In this document: in pieces, positions 28,187 to 35,566 of the stretch | Numbering within the stretch: position 1 is the stretch's first letter | Layout: the number at the start of each line of letters is the position of its first letter | Assembly (NCBI GenBank): GCA_030040655.1 | Contig: JASHTH010000467.1 | Location: 1 to 45,827, forward strand | Source of the DNA: Acidobacteriaceae bacterium | GTDB lineage: Bacteria > Acidobacteriota > Terriglobia > Terriglobales > Acidobacteriaceae | Direction: 5' to 3' | Length of the DNA stretch: 45,827 bases | The notes under the pieces: model-generated | The model's input: only the letters and a program-made list of their open reading frames with translations | Databases searched by the model: none | What the model was told of the DNA's origin: nothing | Translations under genes and position numbers: made by a program

Positions 28187-31100
28187 ATGAAATCTCACAC
28201 CCTTTCCGGTTCGATGGCTCTCTATTGCAGCCTTGGTATGCTCGTTTCTCTGTCGGCTCCGTTTGCCGTCGGCGCGCAGAACTCCAGCCCGGGCCAGGCA
28301 GACGCGGCGATGCCGGACCTGCACTGGCGCCTCGTCGGCCCGTTTCGCGGAGGTCGAACGCGCGCCGCGACCGGCGTGCCCGGCGAGCCGAACGTGTTTT
28401 ACGTGGGTCAGGTCGATGGCGGCGTCTGGAAGTCGACCGACTACGGTCGCACGTGGAATCCGATCTTCGACGCGGAGCCCACGCAATCCATCGGCGCCAT
28501 CGCCGTAGCCCCATCCGACAGCAAAATCCTCTACGTGGCCAGCGGTGAAGGATTGCATCGCCCCGATCTATCCGTCGGTGATGGGATTTACAAATCGACG
28601 GATGCCGGAAGAACTTGGACGCATCTCGGCCTGCGCGACAGCGAGCAGATTCCGTCGATCGTCGTCGATCCGCGTGACCCGAACCGTGTCTTCGCCGCGG
28701 TGCTCGGCCATCCCTACGGGCCGAACGAAGAGCGCGGCGTCTATCGCACTACCGACGGCGGGCAGACTTGGAAGAAGGTGCTCTACAAGGACGCGAATAC
28801 AGGGGCCAGCGATGTCGAGATCGATCCTGCGCACCCCGATACGATCTACGCCGCGTTGTGGGAGTCGCGCTTGGGGCCGTGGGAGGATGGCAACCAGTAC
28901 GACGGCACGCATGGCGGCCTCTTCAAGTCCGCCGACGGCGGCGACACCTGGAAGCAACTCACCAAAGGGCTTCCCGATGACCTGGTGCAGATTCAGGTTG
29001 CCGTCGCGCGCAGCGATCCCAATCGCCTCTACGCCACCGCCTCCACCACCCACGAAGGCGCCTACGCCTCAGGCGCGGGCCTCGGCGTGTATCGTTCCGA
29101 CGATGCAGGCGAAAGCTGGACCAAGATCACGGACGATCCGCGACCCGCGATGAAGATCGGCGGCGGCGATCTGCCCATTCCGGCGGTCGATCCAAAAAAT
29201 CCCGACGTGGTGTACAGCGCGAGCATCGTGACCATGCGCTCGACCGACGGCGGCCACACCTGGAGCGGCCTGCGCGGTGCGCCCGGGGGCGACGATTACC
29301 AGAACCTCTGGATCAATCCCGAGAACCCCAACATCATTCTTCTTGTCAGCGACCAAGGTGCGCTGGTGAGCGTGAATCGCGGCGAGAGCTGGAGCTCGTG
29401 GTACAACCAGCCGACCGCGCAGCTCTATCACGTCGCCGTCGCCAACACCTTCCCCTATAAGCTCTGCGCCGGCCAGCAGGAGAGCGGATCCGTCTGCATC
29501 TCCAGCCGCGGCAACGACGGCGAGATCACCGATCGCGAATGGCATCCCGTCGGCATCATCGAGTATGGTTACGCCGCGCCCGATCCGCTGCACCCCGATA
29601 TCGTCTTCGGCGCAGGACGCACCGAGGTCTCCAAGTGGGATAGCGCGACTGGCCAGGTGCAGAACATCACTCCCGTGCCGGTACGCGATCGCGACTATCG
29701 CGCCGACCGCACGGAGCCGATCCTGTTTTCTCCTCTCGACCCGCACATGATGTTTTACGCGACCAATGTGCTTTGGAAGACCTTGGATCACGGCAAAACC
29801 TGGGAAAAGATCAGCCCCGATCTTTCGCGCGAGCAGAGCGGCCAGCCCGCGTCGCTCGCGCCGCTGCCGGAGAAAGACCGGCAGCGACGGCGGGGGACAA
29901 TTTACTCGGTTGCCGCTTCGTTCAAGAGCGTGAATACGATCTGGGCGGGCACCGACGACGGTCTGGTCTGGATCACTCGCGACGGCGGCAAGAACTGGAA
30001 AAACATCACGCCGCCCAGTGTGATTCCCTGGAGCAAGGTCACGCAAATCGACGCGTCGCGCTTCGACGACGACACGGCTTACGTTTCGATGAGCCGCTTT
30101 CGCATCGACGATCTGCACCCGTTCCTATACCGCACTCATGACGGAGGCGCAACCTGGCAACCGATCGTCAACGGACTGCCCGACTCGCCGGCGAACGTGG
30201 TGCGCGAAGACCCGGTGCGCAAAGGCTTGCTCTTTGCCGGAACCGAAACATCGGTCTGGTTCTCACTCGACGACGGAGACCATTGGGAGCCGCTCCAATA
30301 CAACCTGCCGCACACCTCGATGCGCGATCTGATGGTCCACGGCAACGACCTCATCGTGGCCACGCATGGCCGCTCCTTTTGGATTCTCGATGACATCGCG
30401 CCGCTTCGCCAGATTGCCGGTCTGACGCCTCCGAACGATGCTCTCCTCTTTAATCCCGGCAACGCTTATCGCGTCCGGCGCGACACCTACACCGATACGC
30501 CGCTTCCTCCCGACGAACCGGCCGGAGAGAATCCTCCGGACGGCGCAGTGATCGACTATTCGCTGCCTTCGTCCGTCAGCGGGCCCGTCACGCTGGAGAT
30601 TCTCGACTCCACCGGCAAGCTGGTGCGCCGCTATTCCAGTGCCGACCAGCCCGAGCCCACGGGCGAGGAAATGGCCAGCCAACTCATTCCGCTCTACTGG
30701 CTGCGCATGCCGCAAACCCTGCCTGCAAGTACGGGAATGCATCGCTGGGTTTGGGACTTGCGTTACGCGCCGCCCACCGCGAGCAATTACGAATACCCGA
30801 TCTCGGCGGTGCCGCACGATACGCCGCGCACGCCCCAGGGTCCGCTGGTCTTGCCCGGCGCCTATACCGTCCGGCTTTCGGTAGGGGGCAAGCAACTGGC
30901 CGCTCCCTTGACGATCAAGATGGATCCGCGCGTCACCGCATCGGGCGCCGATCTTGAGAACCTTTTCAAGGTGGAGTATGAGCTCTATGGAATGGTCTCG
31001 AGCAGCGCGAAGGCCGCGCTGGAAGCGCACTCCGCGCGCGAGCAGATCGAGAAGGACTCGCAGAATGCCGCGGCCGGCTTGAAAGCGACGCTGGAAAAGC

Positions 31101-31417
31101 AGGATCAACAGATCGGCGAGCTTCTCCGCGGTAATGAAAGGCCCGGAGAAAGCGAAGGCGAGCCGGGTCTTGACGGCGTAGCTGGAGAGGTCTCGGCGCT
31201 TTACATGGAGGTCGGCCAAGCCGATGCGGCCCCGACCGCCGCGCAGCAAAGCGCAGCCGCTCATCTTGGCGAGGAGTCGCGCGAAGTTGTGCGCAAATGG
31301 GAATCGCTCAAGTCAACGATCCCCGACTTGAATCGCAAGCTGAGCGCCGCGCATCTGCCCGCGATCGATCTCATGCAGGCGCCGGCATCCATGCCCGCGA
31401 GCGGCGACGAGGATTGA
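28187..31417 (+). CDS. Secreted VPS10/BNR (Asp-box) beta-propeller protein, putative glycosyl hydrolase
   Basis: Signal peptide, WRLVGPFRGGR, about 11 SxDxGxTW-type Asp-boxes, ATHGRSFWILDD, C-terminal Ig-like plus helical region. Confidence 0.88.
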   Translation: MKSHTLSGSMALYCSLGMLVSLSAPFAVGAQNSSPGQADAAMPDLHWRLVGPFRGGRTRAATGVPGEPNVFYVGQVDGGVWKSTDYGRTWNPIFDAEPTQSIGAIAVAPSDSKILYVASGEGLHRPDLSVGDGIYKSTDAGRTWTHLGLRDSEQIPSIVVDPRDPNRVFAAVLGHPYGPNEERGVYRTTDGGQTWKKVLYKDANTGASDVEIDPAHPDTIYAALWESRLGPWEDGNQYDGTHGGLFKSADGGDTWKQLTKGLPDDLVQIQVAVARSDPNRLYATASTTHEGAYASGAGLGVYRSDDAGESWTKITDDPRPAMKIGGGDLPIPAVDPKNPDVVYSASIVTMRSTDGGHTWSGLRGAPGGDDYQNLWINPENPNIILLVSDQGALVSVNRGESWSSWYNQPTAQLYHVAVANTFPYKLCAGQQESGSVCISSRGNDGEITDREWHPVGIIEYGYAAPDPLHPDIVFGAGRTEVSKWDSATGQVQNITPVPVRDRDYRADRTEPILFSPLDPHMMFYATNVLWKTLDHGKTWEKISPDLSREQSGQPASLAPLPEKDRQRRRGTIYSVAASFKSVNTIWAGTDDGLVWITRDGGKNWKNITPPSVIPWSKVTQIDASRFDDDTAYVSMSRFRIDDLHPFLYRTHDGGATWQPIVNGLPDSPANVVREDPVRKGLLFAGTETSVWFSLDDGDHWEPLQYNLPHTSMRDLMVHGNDLIVATHGRSFWILDDIAPLRQIAGLTPPNDALLFNPGNAYRVRRDTYTDTPLPPDEPAGENPPDGAVIDYSLPSSVSGPVTLEILDSTGKLVRRYSSADQPEPTGEEMASQLIPLYWLRMPQTLPASTGMHRWVWDLRYAPPTASNYEYPISAVPHDTPRTPQGPLVLPGAYTVRLSVGGKQLAAPLTIKMDPRVTASGADLENLFKVEYELYGMVSSSAKAALEAHSAREQIEKDSQNAAAGLKATLEKQDQQIGELLRGNERPGESEGEPGLDGVAGEVSALYMEVGQADAAPTAAQQSAAAHLGEESREVVRKWESLKSTIPDLNRKLSAAHLPAIDLMQAPASMPASGDED

Positions 31418-31423
31418 GCGTGA

Positions 31424-31500
31424 GCCTTGAAAGGGCACGGCTTGAGCCGTGCCGAACGAGCTGTTTCTGTGATTCCTCTCGCGGGCTTCAGCCCGCGAAT
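31424..31500. repeat. REP/BIME-like hairpin pair
   Basis: gggcacggcttgagccgtgcc and tctcgcgggcttcagcccgcga; homologous to units at 6075-6153. Confidence 0.78.
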
Positions 31501-31551
31501 CTTGGCGAAAACGCCACCGCCGGAAAGCCCCACTGGAGTCTGCGCCGAGCT

Positions 31552-32334
31552 ATGTACGATGTCGCCTCGATCGAAGCCGCCCTCTCTGACACCGTCTTTG
31601 CATGGAATCTCCATTATGCCGAGTCCACCGGTTCAACCAATGACGACGCGCTCCAGGCCGCCCGCGCCGGCGCGCCCGATGGCTCCGTCTACCTCGCCAA
31701 TGAGCAAACCGCGGGCCGCGGGCGTGGCAACAACGAATGGCATTCGGCAGCAGGCGACGGCCTCTACGTGAGCGTGCTGCTGCGGCCAACAATCCCGGCG
31801 TCCCGATTGCCTCTGTTGCCGTTGGTCGCTGGACTGGCAGCGGCTGCTGCCATCCACGAAGTCACCGGACTCACCGTCGACTTGCGTTGGCCCAACGATT
31901 TGCTGGTCGGACGGCGCAAAACCGGCGGCATTCTGGTCGAGTCGCACATGGAAGCGAGTTCCGTCGCCTTTGCCGTGGTCGGCATCGGCATGAACGTGCA
32001 TCAGCGCGCCTTCGCCGCGGATCTGGCGACACCGGCAACCTCGCTCGATCTTGAAACCGGCGCCACCATAAGCCGCCAAGACCTTTTCATCGCCCTGCTA
32101 AAATCGCTGGAGCGTGAAGTGCAAGGCCTGTACGATCGCGACGCGGGTCGCGCCATTCCGCGCCGTGTCGAATCGAACTCGACGTGGGTGCGCGGCCGTC
32201 GCGTCGAGGTGCATGGTCCGCAGGCATGTATCGGCGTTACTGACGGGCTGGATGAATATGGATTCCTGCGGGTCGGTACGGCCGGCGGCGTGGTGACGGT
32301 GCAAACCGGCGGCCTTCGCGCCACCGCGGATTGA
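31552..32334 (+). CDS. birA: Biotin--[acetyl-CoA-carboxylase] ligase (no N-terminal HTH)
   Basis: STGSTND, EQTAGRGR, GLYVSVLLRP, LRWPNDLL..RKTGGILVE, VVGIGMNV; ATG 31552. Confidence 0.93.
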   Translation: MYDVASIEAALSDTVFAWNLHYAESTGSTNDDALQAARAGAPDGSVYLANEQTAGRGRGNNEWHSAAGDGLYVSVLLRPTIPASRLPLLPLVAGLAAAAAIHEVTGLTVDLRWPNDLLVGRRKTGGILVESHMEASSVAFAVVGIGMNVHQRAFAADLATPATSLDLETGATISRQDLFIALLKSLEREVQGLYDRDAGRAIPRRVESNSTWVRGRRVEVHGPQACIGVTDGLDEYGFLRVGTAGGVVTVQTGGLRATAD

Positions 32335-32341
32335 GAGAAGG

Positions 32342-33205
32342 ATGCTGCTCGCACTCGATGTCGGCAACACCAATATGAAGCTGGGCCTCTACCGGCTCGA
32401 TGGGGCGGGCGCGGGCCGGGATGGCGCGCATCCGCCGGTTGAAAAAACCGGGGGCTCCGACGCGTCGCACACCGCGTTGGCCGCGCACTGGCGGCTGACC
32501 ACGCATCGCGCGCAAACGGTCGACGAGTATGGCGCGCTGTTCATCAATCTCTTCCAGATGAGCGGCTTCTCCGCCGCCGACGTCACGCACATCATCATCT
32601 CTTCCGTAGTGCCTCCCATCGACTCCACTCTGCGCCAGGTTTGCGAAATCTACTTCCATGTCGATCCGCTCTTCGTCGAGCCGGGCATCAAGACGGGTAT
32701 GGCAGTCCTGGTCGACAATCCTACCGAGCTGGGCGCCGACCGGCTCGCCGACGCCATTGCCGCCTTTGAGCGCTACGGCGGGCCGTGCGTCGTGGTGAAC
32801 TTTGGCACGGCAACCAAGTTCGAAGTGGTTTCTGCGCACGGTGAATACCTCGGCGGAGCCATCGCACCGGGGCTCGGCGTCAGCGCCGACGCGCTTTTCG
32901 CGCGCGCCGCCAAGCTGGGCCGCATCGATATCAAGCGCCCGGCGAAAGTCATCGGCACCAACACCGTCGCGCATCTGCAGACCGGCCTCTACTATGGCTA
33001 CATCGGCCTGGTCGATGGCATTCTGGAACGTATCTTTGCCGAGCTGGGTGTGCGCCCGCGCGTCATCGCCACCGGCGTGCAGGCGCAATTGGTCGCGGCC
33101 GATTCGCACTGCATCGACCAGATCGACGACATGCTCACGCTTGACGGGCTGCGCATTCTCTTCGAGCGCAACCGCGTGCCGCGGGCGCGGGTTCGCGCGC
33201 ACTAA
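32342..33205 (+). CDS. coaX: Type III pantothenate kinase
   Basis: LLALDVGNTN, ISSVVPP, NPTELGADR, (N)FGTAT, YLGGAIAPG, VIGTNT, LTLDGL; follows birA. Confidence 0.93.
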   Translation: MLLALDVGNTNMKLGLYRLDGAGAGRDGAHPPVEKTGGSDASHTALAAHWRLTTHRAQTVDEYGALFINLFQMSGFSAADVTHIIISSVVPPIDSTLRQVCEIYFHVDPLFVEPGIKTGMAVLVDNPTELGADRLADAIAAFERYGGPCVVVNFGTATKFEVVSAHGEYLGGAIAPGLGVSADALFARAAKLGRIDIKRPAKVIGTNTVAHLQTGLYYGYIGLVDGILERIFAELGVRPRVIATGVQAQLVAADSHCIDQIDDMLTLDGLRILFERNRVPRARVRAH

Positions 33206-33208
33206 CAT

Positions 33209-33301
33209 AGGGATCAGGGAACAGAGGACTGAGAACTGAGACCCGTGAGCTGCGAACTGACCAACGATCACTGATCCCTGAACCCTGATCCCTGACCCCT
33301 G
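33209..33301. repeat. Degenerate heptamer tandem array with fold-back symmetry
   Basis: 13 in-register 7-mers from agggatc agggaac to tgatccc tgaaccc tgatccc tgacccc; agggatcaggg pairs with ccctgatccct (33283-33293). Confidence 0.8.
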
Positions 33302-33310
33302 CTTTCTTCC

Positions 33311-34054
33311 GTGCGCAACTACTTCAACTACTTCACCGAGATCGAAGAGCGCTTTCAGAAGCGGCGTGGATCGATCCTGCTGCTTTCGACGCTCGACTGG
33401 GCGTTGATCGAAACCTGGCGCGAAGCCGGTGTTCCGCTCGACGCGGTGCTGCGCGGCATCGACTCGGCGTTCGACAAATATGAGCAGCGGCAAAAAAAAG
33501 GCCGCATGCGACGCATCAACGGATTGGCGTGGTGCACACAGGCGGTGATGGAAGCCGCCGAAGAGCTGCGCGAGGCTTCGATCGGCACGGCTTCCTCAAC
33601 GGCTGCGGCCAGCAGCTCCGGCTTTGAAGCGGGGCGCGTCGCCATGCATCTTGAAGCTGCGGCAAGCGCACTGGATAAGTCCTCCATTGCTGCTGAAGCC
33701 TGCCGCGCAACCGGATCGCGCCTGCGCGAACTGGCTGCCGAAGCGCGCCATGAGCCGGCAAATAGCGGCGGAGCTGAAGAAGGCGCATCGGTTTCGAAAC
33801 CGGCTGCCGATCTCGAATCGCTGGAGCGCGTGCTCACCGTCCTTGAAGAAAAGCTATTCGCGGCGCTCACTGCCGCCGCGCCGGAAGAGCTACTGTTTGC
33901 GCTCAAGGAGCACGCGGCGCGCGAGCTCGCTCCCTACCGCAGCCGCATGGGCGCGGTGCAACTGCGCCAAGTCGAGCGTCAATTTGTACAGAAACAACTG
34001 CTCGCGCATTACAATCTGCCGCGCCTCAGCCTCTTCTATATGAGCCAGCAATGA
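33311..34054 (+). CDS. Conserved-looking hypothetical protein (N-terminus weakly DnaD-domain-like)
   Basis: Fills coaX-rlmD gap with ATGA overlap into rlmD; NYFNYFTEIEERFQKRRG..LLSTLDWALIETWREAGVPLDAVLRGID; C-terminal YNLPRLSLFY. Confidence 0.75.
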   Translation: MRNYFNYFTEIEERFQKRRGSILLLSTLDWALIETWREAGVPLDAVLRGIDSAFDKYEQRQKKGRMRRINGLAWCTQAVMEAAEELREASIGTASSTAAASSSGFEAGRVAMHLEAAASALDKSSIAAEACRATGSRLRELAAEARHEPANSGGAEEGASVSKPAADLESLERVLTVLEEKLFAALTAAAPEELLFALKEHAARELAPYRSRMGAVQLRQVERQFVQKQLLAHYNLPRLSLFYMSQQ

Positions 34055-35385
34055 AACGATCGGCCCAGCAAGCCGGCAGGCCGCCGGCGACTCGCGGCGC
34101 GGCCAAAGCTTCGCCGCCGCTTCTCGTCGCCATCGAAAAACCCGTCTACGGCGGAGCGTTTCTCGCGCGCGATGGAGGCAAGGCAATCTTCACTCCGCTC
34201 GCGCTGCCGGGCGAGCAGGCGCGCGTGCGCATCGTCGACGATCGCCGCGGCTATGCATTTGCTGAAGCAGAAGGAATCGTTTCGGCCGCGCCGGAGCGCG
34301 TGACTCCGCCATGCGCTTACTTCGGTGCCTGCGGCGGATGCCACTACCAGCACGCCAGCTATGAGGCGCAACTTGCCTTCAAGCGGGCCATCCTGCGCGA
34401 AACGCTCGAGCGCGCGGGCGTTTCGCCTCCTGAAGAAACCGCCGTGCTGTCCGGCGAGCCGTGGAAATATCGCAACCGCATTCGGCTGGCCTTCGACGCG
34501 GCGGGAAATCCCGGCTACCGAGGTCGCCGTTCTCATGATGTCGTTCCCGTTCGCGAGTGCCCCATTGCGGCGCCGCTGCTGGTCGAGGCCGCACTTGCCG
34601 CTGCCGAGCTCTTTCGAAACGTTTCGCCCAAGCAGCGCCCGGCCGAAATGTCGCTTTTCTGCGATGCCCGGGAATTCGCTCTGCTGATCCACGCGACCGT
34701 CGCCAATCCAGCCAGGTCCCTCGTTGAAGATTTCGCCGGCAAGCTTGTCAAAGAGGTCCCCGCACTCCGGGGAGTCGATTTCTCGACCGAAGGCCTGCCG
34801 GGCCGGCAGCCGCACACGTCGGCCAAATGGGGAGCATCTTCGCTCACTTATCGCGCGGCGGGCTTCGATTATCGCGTGGATCTCGGCGCCTTCTTCCAGG
34901 TCAATCGCTGGCTCCTCGACGGGTTCGTCGACCGCGTCACGGCTGGCTGGCGCGGCGAAGTGGCGTGGGACCTCTTCGCAGGCGTGGGCCTCTTCGCGCG
35001 AAGGCTCACCACGAGCTTCGATCGCGTGGTTGCCGTCGAATCCGCGTCGCCTGCGTTTCCGGCGCTCGAGGCCAATTTGGCCGGAACGCCGGCGACCGCC
35101 GTGCGGGACATGACGCTCGAGTTTCTTCGCCGCAGCCGCACTGCCGCGCGGCCCGACCTGATCGTCGTCGATCCGCCGCGCGCCGGACTTGGCGCGGAGA
35201 TCGTAACACTTCTGGCAGAGATCGCCTCGCCCGTCCTGGTTTACGTCTCTTGCGATCCGGCGACCTTGGCGCGCGACCTGCGCGCGCTGCTCTCGCACGG
35301 GTATGCCATCGAGGACCTCACGTTGGCCGACCTTTTCCCGCAAACTTTTCATATCGAATCGGTGGTCGAACTGCGCCGCGCCTGA
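34051..35385 (+). CDS. rlmD: 23S rRNA (uracil-C5)-methyltransferase, RlmD/TrmA family
   Basis: TRAM domain, 4Fe-4S motif CAYFGACGGC..C, FFQVN, DLFAGVGLF, DPPRAG, catalytic VYVSCDPATLARD, DLFPQTFHIE. Confidence 0.9.
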   Translation: MKRSAQQAGRPPATRGAAKASPPLLVAIEKPVYGGAFLARDGGKAIFTPLALPGEQARVRIVDDRRGYAFAEAEGIVSAAPERVTPPCAYFGACGGCHYQHASYEAQLAFKRAILRETLERAGVSPPEETAVLSGEPWKYRNRIRLAFDAAGNPGYRGRRSHDVVPVRECPIAAPLLVEAALAAAELFRNVSPKQRPAEMSLFCDAREFALLIHATVANPARSLVEDFAGKLVKEVPALRGVDFSTEGLPGRQPHTSAKWGASSLTYRAAGFDYRVDLGAFFQVNRWLLDGFVDRVTAGWRGEVAWDLFAGVGLFARRLTTSFDRVVAVESASPAFPALEANLAGTPATAVRDMTLEFLRRSRTAARPDLIVVDPPRAGLGAEIVTLLAEIASPVLVYVSCDPATLARDLRALLSHGYAIEDLTLADLFPQTFHIESVVELRRA

Positions 35386-35566
35386 TAGGCTTGACTGCCA
35401 TAGACCACTTCATGGCTTCGCATCGCGTTCGAGGGTAACTCGACGCAAGCGCAATGTACGACTGCAAGGCACGGATCCGATCGGGGCAGGCAAAAGCTGA
35501 AGAAGATCGGATCCGGCATTCTTATCCCTGGCTCTGCGGCGAACGAGTCTTGATTCGCGAGCCGAA

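Noticed and set aside
33209-33301. Heptamer arrays as CRISPR or as a coding repeat
   Set aside because: 7-bp period with no unique spacers; lies between a stop codon and the next start
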